Positions 10,156 to 19,985 of a stretch of 64,000 nt of DNA are shown in pieces; position 1 is the stretch's first letter; every line of letters starts with the position of its first letter. The notes below the pieces were generated by a model that was not told where the DNA came from, searched no databases, and worked only from the letters and a program-made list of their open reading frames with translations. A program made the translations under genes and the position numbers. Origin of the DNA: Alphaproteobacteria bacterium (GTDB lineage Bacteria > Pseudomonadota > Alphaproteobacteria > CAAGCB01 > CAG-977); contig CAAGCY010000014.1 in the NCBI GenBank assembly GCA_900768465.1, positions 83-64,082 on the forward strand, in the 5' to 3' direction.

Positions 10156-11241
10156 ATGCCTAAAACAACTATCAGACCGTCCGGTCCGATGATGCGCCGT
10201 TCCGGAGCGCGCAAAGCCGTTGCCGAAGAACGTTTTTCGGAACGCAAAGCGCAGGAACAAAACAGATTGGTCAAAGCCGACATCAAAAACCGAGCCATTG
10301 CCGCTTTGCAGCAACGGCAGGAGGAAATGGCGAAAGTCCGCGGAGAACAAAACGACGACCACCGCGAAAGAACAACGTTTATGAAACGAGATCCCGTCGT
10401 TGATTTCCGCGAATCCCGTCAGGACAAGTTCATTTCGTCACTGTCGGCGAACCTGAACGTCATGATTCAGGCGGTCAAGCGCGCGGGACGCGGCTTGATG
10501 CGCGATTTCGGCGAATTGGAAAACCTGCGCCTGTCGCAAAAAGGCGCGGCGGACTTTGTTTCCACAGCCGACACCAACTCTGAAAAAACGTTGCGCGAAT
10601 ATCTGCTGAAAGTCCGCCCCCGCTACGGATTTTTGCAGGAAGAAGGCGGCGAAATCAAAGGCGACGACACATCCCACCGCTGGATTATCGATCCGCTGGA
10701 CGGCACGATGAACTTTTTGCATGCCGTTCCGCATTTTGCGATTTCTTTGGCTTTGCAGGAAGATCAGGAAATCATCGCGGGCGTGATTTACAATCCCGCG
10801 ACGTCCGACTTGTTCTATGCCGAAAAGGGCAACGGCGCATGGATGCTGACCGCTTCGGGTTCCAGCCGCCTGCACGTTTCCACGCGCTCCGCTTTAAACG
10901 AATCCGTCGTTGTAACGGGCATTCCCCATTTGGGACACGGCAACGCGGAACGCTTTACGGCGCAGCTGATGCCGATGATGACCAAAACGGGCGGCGTTCG
11001 CCGCATGGGCGCCGCGTCGCTGGATTTGGCTTATGTCGCCGCGGGACGCTTCGAATGTTACTGGGAAGAAGACATCAAACCGTGGGACATCGCCGCCGGC
11101 ATGCTGATGGTGCGCGAAGCGGGCGGACGCGTCTGCACGACTTCGGGCGATGAAACGCCGAAAACGATTTTGACCGACGGAACGATTCTGGCGGCGAATT
11201 CTTTGCAGTACGAAGTCTTTAAAAATATGATTGTCAAATAA
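10156..11241 (+). CDS. inositol monophosphatase family protein (SuhB-like) with about 75-aa basic N-terminal extension
   Basis: WIIDPLDGTMNFLH and WDIAAGMLMVREAGG IMPase motifs. ATG 10156 has a good SD (GGAAAGAGG); an alternative start at ATG 10381 would give a canonical-length protein. Confidence 0.8.
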   Translation: MPKTTIRPSGPMMRRSGARKAVAEERFSERKAQEQNRLVKADIKNRAIAALQQRQEEMAKVRGEQNDDHRERTTFMKRDPVVDFRESRQDKFISSLSANLNVMIQAVKRAGRGLMRDFGELENLRLSQKGAADFVSTADTNSEKTLREYLLKVRPRYGFLQEEGGEIKGDDTSHRWIIDPLDGTMNFLHAVPHFAISLALQEDQEIIAGVIYNPATSDLFYAEKGNGAWMLTASGSSRLHVSTRSALNESVVVTGIPHLGHGNAERFTAQLMPMMTKTGGVRRMGAASLDLAYVAAGRFECYWEEDIKPWDIAAGMLMVREAGGRVCTTSGDETPKTILTDGTILAANSLQYEVFKNMIVK

Positions 11242-11252
11242 GGAGAAGTCTC

Positions 11253-12329
11253 ATTTCCAGCCGATTTGCACAATTCACCGCCGTATTCGCCGCAGTCAGC
11301 CTGTCGGCGGCGGCGGCTTTTGCTCAAATCACGCTGGATTTGGACGTCTTGACCGAAGACTTGACGGCGACGGCGCAGGAAAAGAAAAAAACGCAAAACG
11401 TTCCCCTGAATCCGCCGGCGGAACAAAAGCCCGCCCCCGCCAAGCCGCAAAAAACGAAACCCGCAAAAGCGAAAACCGTTCGCGCTCAAAAACCCGCCAA
11501 AGCGAAAAAAGCGAAAACGCCCGCAAAACCCGCCGTTAAACAACCCGCCAAACCCGTTGCAAAATACGAAGTAAAGGAAAACGGCAAAGGGGACGCGCAC
11601 GATAAACTGAAGCCGCGGGCGAATCCCGTTCCCGTCGTCAAAGTTCTGCCCGTCGCGCCCGTCAAAACGATACCCGCCGAGGAGCCGGAGGAAAAATCCG
11701 TCGCCGAAACGCAAACGCCCCCCGCGGAACCGATGTTGTCCAAGCATTTTCTGGCTCAACAGGAAAGCGAGGAGCGCGCTTCCCGCGAACGGGCGGCAAA
11801 AGTGCTGGAGGTTTTGAAGCAATCCCGACAGGAAGCCGCCGCGGAACAGCCGCCCGAACAAACGGCGGTGAAGAAAACGCCGTCCAAAACGGATGAAGCC
11901 GTCAAATGGTCGGTCTTCCCCGTTACCAAAAAAATGACGCCGAAAGAACGCTCCGCTTTTCTGGTCAAAGAAGTTCCCGACGATTCCGCCACCGCCAAAG
12001 CGGTTTTGAAAAACAAAGACTTGCGGACGATATTGGTTTTCCGCGACACCTCCATCGATTTGACGGATGAAATGCGGACGGAACTGAAAACGCTGGCGGC
12101 GGAAGCCGGCAAAACCAAAAACAGCCGCATCCTGCTGTTGTCCTACAGCCGTCCGTCCGCGCAAAGAATCGGCGGCGAACGGCAAACTTCCCTGCGCCGC
12201 GCCTTGGCGGTGCGTTCGGCGTTGGCGCGCGCCGGAATCAGCAGTCTGCGCATAGAAATCCGATCCCAAGCCGCCAAAGGTGCGGGCGAAAAACTGCCCG
12301 ACAGGGTTGATATTCTCGTCGACGGTTAA
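11253..12329 (+). CDS. secreted OmpA-like domain protein with Lys/Pro/Ala-rich repeat region; probable ATT start
   Basis: The frame is open from 11223 and encodes a signal peptide ISSRFAQFTAVFAAVSLSAAAAFA|Q upstream of the track's TTG (11340). ATT at 11253 lies 7 nt after AAGGAGAAG. C-terminus LRRALAVRSALARAGISSLRIEIRSQA is OmpA_C-like. Confidence 0.6.
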   Translation: MSSRFAQFTAVFAAVSLSAAAAFAQITLDLDVLTEDLTATAQEKKKTQNVPLNPPAEQKPAPAKPQKTKPAKAKTVRAQKPAKAKKAKTPAKPAVKQPAKPVAKYEVKENGKGDAHDKLKPRANPVPVVKVLPVAPVKTIPAEEPEEKSVAETQTPPAEPMLSKHFLAQQESEERASRERAAKVLEVLKQSRQEAAAEQPPEQTAVKKTPSKTDEAVKWSVFPVTKKMTPKERSAFLVKEVPDDSATAKAVLKNKDLRTILVFRDTSIDLTDEMRTELKTLAAEAGKTKNSRILLLSYSRPSAQRIGGERQTSLRRALAVRSALARAGISSLRIEIRSQAAKGAGEKLPDRVDILVDG

Positions 12330-12354
12330 TCCATTCGAACAAGGAGCTTTTCCC

Positions 12355-13347
12355 ATGAACTTTCAAAGTCGCTACATTGCGCGAATGATTTTGTTTCTGG
12401 CTTTGGTGTGCGTGGCGGGCGGACTGCTGTTTCCGTTCCTGAAGACGGCTTTTTTCACCAATCCCGTGCTGAACGGATTGATTGTTTTCGTATTGGCGGC
12501 GGGCATCGTTTTAAACTTCCGCTCCGTCTTTGTTTTGCGTAAAGAAATCAAGTGGATTAACACTTCCCCCCTGTCGCTGGACGACGCCGCCGTCGCGCCG
12601 TTGCGCCTGTTGTCGCCGCTGGCGTTGATTTTGAAAAACAACCGCGCCAAAGGCAACGCCGTCATTTCTCCGACAATTGCGCGGTCCGTCTTGGATTCCG
12701 TCGGCATGCGCATGGAGGAACTGCGCGACATTTCCCGTTATTTAATCGGGCTGTCCACTTTTTTGGGACTGCTGGGAACGTTTTGGGGACTGATGAGCAC
12801 CGTCGGCGCGGTCGGCGACGTGATTCGGTCGCTGAACGTGTCGGGCGAATCGGCGACGGACGCGTTCAACACGATTAAAACCAGCTTGGAAGCCCCTCTG
12901 TCGGGCATGGGAACGGCGTTTTCTTCGTCTTTGCTGGGATTGGCGGGCGCACTGGTCATGGGCTTTTTGGATTTGCAGGCGAACGGCGCGCAAAATCATT
13001 TTTACAACGGACTGGACGAACATCTGGCGACGTTGACCCGCTATGCGTCGGGCATCGGCAGCTCGGACGATTCGGTAACGTCGAACGCCGCTTATACCAA
13101 CGCTTTGCTGGAACAAATGGTTGAAAGCATGGCGGACATCCGCCGCCAGCTGCAAATCGGCGCGACCAAAGGACAGGAAAAAATCCAAAACGATATGGAT
13201 TTGTTGCGCTACATCAGCCGAATCGACCGCAGTGTCGGTCAGATTGACAAAAGCGCGGAAGCCCGTCAGGAAACGCTGTTGCGCGAACTGCGCGATTCGT
13301 TCCGTCTGCTGGTGCGCACCGTTTCGGGAACGGATAACAAGCTATGA
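12355..13347 (+). CDS. MotA/TolQ/ExbB proton-channel family protein
   Basis: 330 aa from ATG 12355 (SD AAGGAG); TM segments and FLGLLGTFWGLMSTVGAVG signature. Confidence 0.7.
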   Translation: MNFQSRYIARMILFLALVCVAGGLLFPFLKTAFFTNPVLNGLIVFVLAAGIVLNFRSVFVLRKEIKWINTSPLSLDDAAVAPLRLLSPLALILKNNRAKGNAVISPTIARSVLDSVGMRMEELRDISRYLIGLSTFLGLLGTFWGLMSTVGAVGDVIRSLNVSGESATDAFNTIKTSLEAPLSGMGTAFSSSLLGLAGALVMGFLDLQANGAQNHFYNGLDEHLATLTRYASGIGSSDDSVTSNAAYTNALLEQMVESMADIRRQLQIGATKGQEKIQNDMDLLRYISRIDRSVGQIDKSAEARQETLLRELRDSFRLLVRTVSGTDNKL

Positions 13348-14366
13348 CGGGACGCATTCGAAAGCACGCCGTTTACAATTTCTGGCCCGGCTTTGTCGAC
13401 GTGATGTCGAATTTGCTGATTGTCGTTTTGTTTTTTTTGTTGCTGTTCGTTGTTTCGCACTACTTTCTGGGGCGCAATCTGGACACCAAAAATACGGAAA
13501 TCGAGCTGCTGAATTCGCAGCTGACCGCATTGTCGGACGAATTGTCGAACGAACGCAAAAACTCGGCCGATTTGGGACGGCAACTGTCGGCGGCGCAATC
13601 GGATTACAAGGATTCTTTGGCGAAAATCGCGCTGATGACCCAAGACATCGAAGCGTTGGAACTGCGTAAAAAAGAATTGGAAAAAGCCGTCGCCGCCCAT
13701 AAATCCGCTTTTGAAAACGAACGCAAAATTTCCGACGACGCCAAAGCGCACATTGCCGCTTTGAACGCCAAAACCAAAAACCTGACCGACGAAATCGCGA
13801 AACTGAACGCGGCGCTGGGCGCGGCAGAGGAAAAAGCCAAAACCCAAAACGCTCAAATCGCCGATTTGGGCAAACGCTTGAACAAAGCTTTGGCGCAAAA
13901 GGCGTCCGAGCTGTCCTACTACCGTTCGGATTTTTTCGGGACTTTGCGCAAAGTGCTGGAAAACCGCGCCGACATCCGCGTCGAAGGCGACCGTTTCGTC
14001 TTTCAATCCGAACTGTTTTTCAAAAGCGGTTCCGCCGAATTGGAGGAACGCGGCAAAAAACAGCTGGATTTAATGGCAAAATCCGTCAAAGAGCTGTCCA
14101 AAAAAATCCCCGCGAAAGTGTCATGGGTGCTCAGGGTTGACGGTCATACGGACAACCTGCCCATTCACACCGAAAAATACGCGTCGAACTGGCATCTGTC
14201 GTCGGACAGGGCGATTGCCGTCGTTGATTATCTGATAAAAAAAGGCGTTCCCGCCAACCGTTTGGTCGCCGCGGGATTCGGCGCTCATCAGCCGATTGCA
14301 AAAGGCGACACCCCCGCCGCGCGCAGGAAAAACCGCCGTATCGAGTTTAAATTAACGGAAAGATAG
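13344..14366 (+). CDS. MotB/OmpA-like peptidoglycan-binding protein with long coiled-coil linker
   Basis: 340 aa; N-terminal TM FWPGFVDVMSNLLIVVLFFLLLF, coiled coil about residues 50-190, OmpA_C end VDGHTDNLPI...SNWHLSSDRAIAVVDYL...NRRIEFKL; 4-nt overlap with the MotA-like gene. Confidence 0.75.
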   Translation: MTGRIRKHAVYNFWPGFVDVMSNLLIVVLFFLLLFVVSHYFLGRNLDTKNTEIELLNSQLTALSDELSNERKNSADLGRQLSAAQSDYKDSLAKIALMTQDIEALELRKKELEKAVAAHKSAFENERKISDDAKAHIAALNAKTKNLTDEIAKLNAALGAAEEKAKTQNAQIADLGKRLNKALAQKASELSYYRSDFFGTLRKVLENRADIRVEGDRFVFQSELFFKSGSAELEERGKKQLDLMAKSVKELSKKIPAKVSWVLRVDGHTDNLPIHTEKYASNWHLSSDRAIAVVDYLIKKGVPANRLVAAGFGAHQPIAKGDTPAARRKNRRIEFKLTER

Positions 14367-14456
14367 CCTTTTTTGACTTTTTTGACGAAATGGCTTGAAA
14401 TCCCCGCGCGTTTAGAGTATAGAGAGTTCACTTATCTTACGGACTGGAGCAGAATT

Positions 14457-14681
14457 ATGAAAAAAGACATTCATCCGAATTACCACGAAATCACCGTGGT
14501 TATGACCGACGGAACCGAATTCAAAACCCGTTCCACAATGGGCAAAGAAGGCGATACCGTCCGCTTGGATATCGATCCGCTGTCGCATCCCGCGTGGACG
14601 GGCGTTTACCGCATGATCGACACGGGCGGTCAGTTGGCGAAATTCAACAAACGTTTCGCCGGCTTTACAGCCAAGAAATAA
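14457..14681 (+). CDS. rpmE: 50S ribosomal protein L31
   Basis: 74 aa [22 protein letters not shown]...; start at internal ATG 14457 with SD GGAG. Confidence 0.95.
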   Translation: MKKDIHPNYHEITVVMTDGTEFKTRSTMGKEGDTVRLDIDPLSHPAWTGVYRMIDTGGQLAKFNKRFAGFTAKK

Positions 14682-14696
14682 AAGATTTTCTTTTGA

Positions 14697-14730
14697 AACA
14701 GCGGCTTGCTTTCAAGCCGTTGTTTTTTTT
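14697..14730 (+). terminator. rho-independent terminator after rpmE
   Basis: ACAGCGGCTTG-CTTT-CAAGCCGTTGT stem followed by T8. Confidence 0.7.
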
Positions 14731-14782
14731 ATTGCCTTTTCACCGCCCGATTGACTATACTGAAGCCGATTTTTCAAAGGGG

Positions 14783-16705
14783 TTGACGGTGTCGGGTATT
14801 GTTAATTACGAAGTATACGCTTATCAAAACGGCAGCTGGGATTTAATCGGGCGGTATCCGTCCGAACGGCGCGCCGCCGCGATGGAGCACGCAAAATCCG
14901 TCGAATTTTCACAGCAAAAACCGACCAAAGTCGTCAAAGAAACTTACGATATGGACGCTCAGCTGTTCACCGAAGCCATGGTGTATTTGAGCGATTTGCC
15001 CAAACCGCCGCCGCGCGACAAATTTATCGGCAAAGCCGCTCCGCCCATACCGAAATACACGCAAAGCACGTCCAGAAAGCGGCGTCAATCGTTTACCGAA
15101 GCGTTTTTGCGGCTGGGCGGGGCTTTGATAGCCTCTTTGCTGGGATCGGGCGCGTTGTCCGCCGCGATTTTGCGGGCGATGGTGCTGGGTAATTTCGCCC
15201 CGACGGATATGCCGCAGCATTTTGCGCTGGGCTTGTTTGTTTTCTTCTTCCTGTTTCTGTCCATTCCGCTGGCGGTGCGCTGGGTTGACTGGAACGTCTT
15301 GATGGGCGTCGACGAAGAAGATGAATTGCTGCGCCGTCAGCCCAAAATGGAACAGGAAATTCGCGAAAAGGCGTTCAAACCCACCGAAACGCAGACCGAA
15401 AAAATCGAAAAAGTCGACGCTTTTTCGGCAGGAATCGTTCGTCTTTTATTCAACTGGTACGACCGGATTACGGGACGCAAGCCGTTGACCGAACAGGGGC
15501 AGGAACAGCCCGCCCCCGCCCCCGAAGAAGAAGCCGCCGACGTTCAAACGGAAACGCCGCCCGCTGCCGACGAATCGCCCGCCTCCGACGCCGAAACACC
15601 CGAAGACCCCGAATCCTCCGACGCCGCAGACGCCGAAGCCAAACCCGCCGACTCTTCCGCCGATGCGGAATTGCCCGACATTCCCGTATCGGAAAGCGTC
15701 CTGCCCCCCGCTTTAAACAAATACAATCTGCAATTAACCGCTTTTTTATCGCTGACGTTAAAAGTTTTGCAAAAACAAAACGCTCTGCTGAACACATACG
15801 CCCGTTTCGGCGTGGAGCTGTTTTTGGCGGGCGCGTGCGAATTTTTATGCACCAAAAACACGCTGACCAAAGACGACAACCGTCTGCTTTTGGCGTCTCA
15901 GCTGGAACTGATGGGACGGTCCAAACCGCTGGCGGATTTGTTTTACGACCGTTTGGACGAGTATATGCTGGAACCCACGTATTTGCCGATGATTGAAAAC
16001 GGCGAAAAAGCGATGGAGCTGTATACCGAAACGCCGAACTCGCCCGAACTGCTGTCCCTGTTGCAGGGGGCGTTGCAAAAATGGCTGAATCCCGACAAAA
16101 AAGAAACGCCTCAATCGGGCATCATCTCGATTATGTTTACGGACATCGTCGGATCGACGCAAATGACGCAGACCTATGGCGACAAGCTGGCGCAAGAGCT
16201 GGTTCACCGCCACAACACGATTGTGCGCCAAGCGCTGACCGCCTGCAACGGCGAAGAAATCAAACAAACGGGCGACGGCATTATGGCATCGTTTGTATGG
16301 GCGTCGAACGCTTTGGACGCGGCAATCGCGATTCAGCGCGCCGTTGACGACTACAACCGTCAATCTCCGACCGTTCCTTTGGATATTCGAATCGGACTGA
16401 ACGCGGGCGAACCGATTGTGGAAAACAACGATTTGTTCGGACTGACGGTTCAGCTGGCATCCAGAATATGCGGTCAAGCGGATAAAGACCAAATCTTCGT
16501 TTCCAGCGTCATCAAAGAACTGGCGGCGGGAAAGAACTATACTTTCAAAGACTTGGGACTGTTCGACCTGAAAGGAATCGACGACAAGCAACGCTTGTAC
16601 GAAGTCGTTTGGCAAAAGCCCAAAAAGAAACACACCCCTCCTCGGAAAGCCGAAGAACACGTCCCCGTCGAAAAGAATTTGGACGAAGTCTTGCCCGAAC
16701 TGTAA
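14783..16705 (+). CDS. membrane-anchored class III adenylate/guanylate cyclase
   Basis: C-terminal CYCc domain (ISIMFTDIVGSTQMT...GDGIMASF...IRIGLNAGEP). Start is probably TTG 14783 or GTG 14789, after the rpmE terminator. TM segments and an acidic Pro/Ala/Glu/Asp-rich linker are present. Confidence 0.8.
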   Translation: MTVSGIVNYEVYAYQNGSWDLIGRYPSERRAAAMEHAKSVEFSQQKPTKVVKETYDMDAQLFTEAMVYLSDLPKPPPRDKFIGKAAPPIPKYTQSTSRKRRQSFTEAFLRLGGALIASLLGSGALSAAILRAMVLGNFAPTDMPQHFALGLFVFFFLFLSIPLAVRWVDWNVLMGVDEEDELLRRQPKMEQEIREKAFKPTETQTEKIEKVDAFSAGIVRLLFNWYDRITGRKPLTEQGQEQPAPAPEEEAADVQTETPPAADESPASDAETPEDPESSDAADAEAKPADSSADAELPDIPVSESVLPPALNKYNLQLTAFLSLTLKVLQKQNALLNTYARFGVELFLAGACEFLCTKNTLTKDDNRLLLASQLELMGRSKPLADLFYDRLDEYMLEPTYLPMIENGEKAMELYTETPNSPELLSLLQGALQKWLNPDKKETPQSGIISIMFTDIVGSTQMTQTYGDKLAQELVHRHNTIVRQALTACNGEEIKQTGDGIMASFVWASNALDAAIAIQRAVDDYNRQSPTVPLDIRIGLNAGEPIVENNDLFGLTVQLASRICGQADKDQIFVSSVIKELAAGKNYTFKDLGLFDLKGIDDKQRLYEVVWQKPKKKHTPPRKAEEHVPVEKNLDEVLPEL

Positions 16706-16754
16706 AAATCGGCTATTCTGTTTATAGGGATTCACTCTAAGAAAGGAGTGCGTT

Positions 16755-17540
16755 ATGGCAAACGGTGTAGAATTAACCGCAACTTTGGCAAAGTCATGGT
16801 CGAAATCGTCGTCCGACGTTTACAACGACACGATTAAAACCGCGCGCGACATGGGCAATTTGCGCCTGAATTATTCGCGGCTGAATATGATTACCACGTT
16901 GTCCGAAAACGAAACCGAGGATTGGTTCAGCTTCAAATCCCTGTCCAAAGGAAAACTGCGCCTGTCCGCCATCAACGTATCCGCTTTGCAGGATAAAAAC
17001 AAAAACGTGTCGCAAAGCGACATTGACGACGCGGCTTCCGATTACGAACAGGCGACTTCGGATTTCAAAGCCAAGGGACTGCGCGTCGAGGTTTACACCA
17101 AACAGGGCTACCGCGATAAAATGATTGCCACAAACGACGATTCCAAATCCAAGGAATACGCCGCTTTCGAAAAAATGATGAAAGGCGAATTCGACGCGGG
17201 CAAAGGCACTTATTACATTCACGTCACCACGCAGGACGGCAAGCCCGTTAAAAAGGACACGCTGTATGCTCTGCAAGTGCAAATGGGCGATACTTACAAG
17301 CACGACTATGTCACCAAAGAAACCGCCGTTTCTCACAAAGGACTGTCCGAAGGGCAAATTCAGCAGAAAAAAAACGAGGAGCAAATGAATTCGTCGCTGA
17401 CGAACGCCACGACGAACAGTAGCATTCTGTCCGCGCAAGGGGCTTCCGATTTGCTGGCGGCGGGGTATACGAACATGGCGACAATCAACCGCGCATCGTC
17501 CGCCGGCACCGCCGCGCGCATTTTGAATTTGGTGACTTGA
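16755..17540 (+). CDS. hypothetical protein (possible PPC-like beta-sandwich domain)
   Basis: 261 aa; [18 protein letters not shown]...GTYYIHVTT pattern reminiscent of pre-peptidase C-terminal domains; no signal peptide seen. Confidence 0.4.
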   Translation: MANGVELTATLAKSWSKSSSDVYNDTIKTARDMGNLRLNYSRLNMITTLSENETEDWFSFKSLSKGKLRLSAINVSALQDKNKNVSQSDIDDAASDYEQATSDFKAKGLRVEVYTKQGYRDKMIATNDDSKSKEYAAFEKMMKGEFDAGKGTYYIHVTTQDGKPVKKDTLYALQVQMGDTYKHDYVTKETAVSHKGLSEGQIQQKKNEEQMNSSLTNATTNSSILSAQGASDLLAAGYTNMATINRASSAGTAARILNLVT

Positions 17541-19216
17541 CACCATTGAAAAAGCTTTTAACCCTTTTTCTGATTGTATTTTCGTTTTCGGCGCATGCCG
17601 CGGAACGGATTTTGTCCTACCGCGCCGACATAACCGTTCAGCCCGACGCGTCCCTGTTCGTTACGGAAAACATTACCGTCACCGTTGAAGGCGTCAACAT
17701 CCGCCGCGGCATTTACCGCGATTTACCCCGAAACAAAGGGGAACGCTATCACGTCGAATCCGTTTTCCGCAACGGCAATCCCGAACCTTTTTTCATCGAA
17801 AACAGCAGCGGCAATTTGCGCGTCAATACGGGAAACGACGATTTCATTCCGCGTGAAACAACGACGTTCACTCTGGTTTACCGCGTGCAAAACGCAGTTC
17901 GCTTTTTTGACAAATACGACGAAGTTTATTGGAATGTCACGGGCAACAACTGGGCGTTTCCGATTGACGAAGCGTCCGCGTCCGTCACTTTGCCCCGCGG
18001 CGCACGCGTCGTTCGCCAAGCGGGCTATATCGGCGGATACGGTTCGACGGAATCGGCGCGTTATTCCGATTTGCGCTTTTTCGCCCCCCGCCCTTTGCAA
18101 GCGGGCGAAGGATTGACCGTTGCCGTCGGTTTTGACAAAGGCGCGGTCAGCGTTTCCGCGTCGCCGCATCCGTTTAACGTTTGGGCGGCAATCGGCGTTT
18201 TGGGACTGTATTTTTTGCTGACGGGACTTGCCGTCAAGCGCTATCCGCCGTCCGATTCGATTATGCCGCGCTTTGACGGCATCACGGGTATGACCCCCGC
18301 CGAAGCGAACTTTGCGGCTTCTCTGGGCGCGAAAAAAGATAAAACCTTGGCTCTGGCTTTGCTGCAGGCAACCGTGTCGGGATACTGTTCGTTCGATCCG
18401 CAAAGTCCGAACACGCTGCTGAAAAACCGCGCCCCCAAAAACGACGAAGAACGGATTTTGGACAAGTTTCTCACGTTCCCTTTACACGTCGGACGTTTTT
18501 ACAATCCCCGCGCGACACAAGCCCAAAACGCGCTGAACAAGCTTTTGCGCGAAAAAACGCGCGATTGCTTTAAAACCAACAAAATCTTCACCGTCGGCGG
18601 TGCGCTGCTTGCAGCTTTTTTGCTGATTAAAGGCGCGTATGACGAACAAATGACGGATTTGCTGATTTATTTTGCATTTTACCTGCCGTTTTTCATTGTG
18701 GCTTCAACCATGGCGCTGCAAGGATTCAAAAACCGGAAATTCAGCTTTGCAACTGTGTTTATGGCGGTGTTTATCTCCTTTCATTTCGCGACGATGATGC
18801 TCGCCAAAACGAACGGCTTTCCGGCGATTGCCGCCTTTTACGCGGCGGCGGCGGCGACTGTTCCGATTTACGGCGCGTTGATAAAGCGCCTGACGGAAAA
18901 AGGACGCGATATCGCCGACCATATTCAAGGAATCAAACTGTTTCTGAAATCTTCCGCACAGGTTTCCGCCGAAAAAACGGAAAAGCTGATGCCTTACGCC
19001 GTTTTGCTGGATATGGAAAGCGAATGGAGCGACAAAATCAAAGCCATGTCGTCCGAAACAACGGCGGCGTATTGCCGGCACATTCCTTGTTGCGGATATG
19101 ACGGATTTGTCGCCGCTGTCGGCAGATCGACGACCGCGCCCGCCCGTTCAAGCGGCAGTGGCGGCGGCGGTTTTTCCGGCGGCGGTCATGGCGGCGGGGG
19201 CGGCGGCGGACGCTGA
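17537..19216 (+). CDS. DUF2207 domain-containing membrane protein
   Basis: 559 aa; signal peptide, N-terminal beta-rich ectodomain, multiple TM segments, C-terminal [21 protein letters not shown] tail typical of DUF2207. Confidence 0.7.
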   Translation: MTPLKKLLTLFLIVFSFSAHAAERILSYRADITVQPDASLFVTENITVTVEGVNIRRGIYRDLPRNKGERYHVESVFRNGNPEPFFIENSSGNLRVNTGNDDFIPRETTTFTLVYRVQNAVRFFDKYDEVYWNVTGNNWAFPIDEASASVTLPRGARVVRQAGYIGGYGSTESARYSDLRFFAPRPLQAGEGLTVAVGFDKGAVSVSASPHPFNVWAAIGVLGLYFLLTGLAVKRYPPSDSIMPRFDGITGMTPAEANFAASLGAKKDKTLALALLQATVSGYCSFDPQSPNTLLKNRAPKNDEERILDKFLTFPLHVGRFYNPRATQAQNALNKLLREKTRDCFKTNKIFTVGGALLAAFLLIKGAYDEQMTDLLIYFAFYLPFFIVASTMALQGFKNRKFSFATVFMAVFISFHFATMMLAKTNGFPAIAAFYAAAAATVPIYGALIKRLTEKGRDIADHIQGIKLFLKSSAQVSAEKTEKLMPYAVLLDMESEWSDKIKAMSSETTAAYCRHIPCCGYDGFVAAVGRSTTAPARSSGSGGGGFSGGGHGGGGGGGR

Positions 19217-19241
19217 TTTTTGATTTGAAAGGATTTTAAAA

Positions 19242-19985
19242 ATGCTTCAACCTCATATCCGTTTGGACGATTCTTTAAACATCAAATACGCTTTGCTGCC
19301 GGGGGATCCCGCGCGTTTGGATAAAATCGCGGCGTTTTTGACCGATGTCGAACAGCTGGCGTTCAACCGCGAATACCGCAGTTTGCGCGGGCGCTATCAC
19401 GGCACGGACGTTCTGGCGGTTTCGACGGGAATCGGGGGAAGCTCGGCATCCATTGCCGTCGAAGAACTGCACAAAATCGGCGTTGAAGCGATGATTCGCA
19501 TCGGTTCGTGCGGCGCCATGCAGACGGGCATCCGCATCGGCGATTTGATTATCGCGTGCGGCGCGGTGCGCGACGACGGCGCATCCCAAGCCTATGTCGA
19601 TTTGCGCTTTCCCGCCGTTCCCGACACAACTTTGCTGAACGCGTGCGTTAAAACCGCCGCGGAAAACGGCTTTGCGCACCATATCGGCATCGTCCACAGC
19701 CACGAAAGCTTTTACATCGACGACAACGCGGAACAACAGGCGTTCTGGTCGAAAAAAGGCGTACTGGGCGCGGACATGGAAACGGCGGCTTTGTTCACCG
19801 TCGGACGTCTGCGCGGCGTCAAAACGGCGTCGATTTTAAACAACGTCGTCGAATACGGCGGCAACACGGCGGATTCCATTGGCGGTTACGTTGACGGAGA
19901 ATCGCTGACTCAACAAGGCGAAAGGAACGAGATTCTAACCGCCTTGAATGCGTTTGAACGGCTCAACGCCACAGAAAATTCATAA
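19242..19985 (+). CDS. nucleoside phosphorylase (uridine phosphorylase-like, PNP_UDP_1 family)
   Basis: 247 aa; LPGDPARLDKIA, STGIGGSSASIAVEEL, RIGSCGA, GADMETAALF motifs. Confidence 0.8.
   Translation: MLQPHIRLDDSLNIKYALLPGDPARLDKIAAFLTDVEQLAFNREYRSLRGRYHGTDVLAVSTGIGGSSASIAVEELHKIGVEAMIRIGSCGAMQTGIRIGDLIIACGAVRDDGASQAYVDLRFPAVPDTTLLNACVKTAAENGFAHHIGIVHSHESFYIDDNAEQQAFWSKKGVLGADMETAALFTVGRLRGVKTASILNNVVEYGGNTADSIGGYVDGESLTQQGERNEILTALNAFERLNATENS

Noticed and set aside
11058-12356. 432-aa minus-strand ORF rich in Arg/Gly/Phe, antisense to the OmpA-like gene. Similar long antisense ORFs occur at 15845-16735, 2340-3071, 8588-9484, 42421-43239 and 50087-51028.
   Set aside because: These are typical shadow ORFs of GC-rich DNA. 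They have low-complexity R/G/F/Q composition, no start context, and each is fully covered by a recognisable gene on the other strand.
12355-14366. The MotA/MotB-like pair as a Zorya anti-phage system.
   Set aside because: The MotA-like protein lacks the long ZorA tail, and no ZorC/D/E-type genes are adjacent. The genes sit in a conserved housekeeping neighbourhood with host-like composition.
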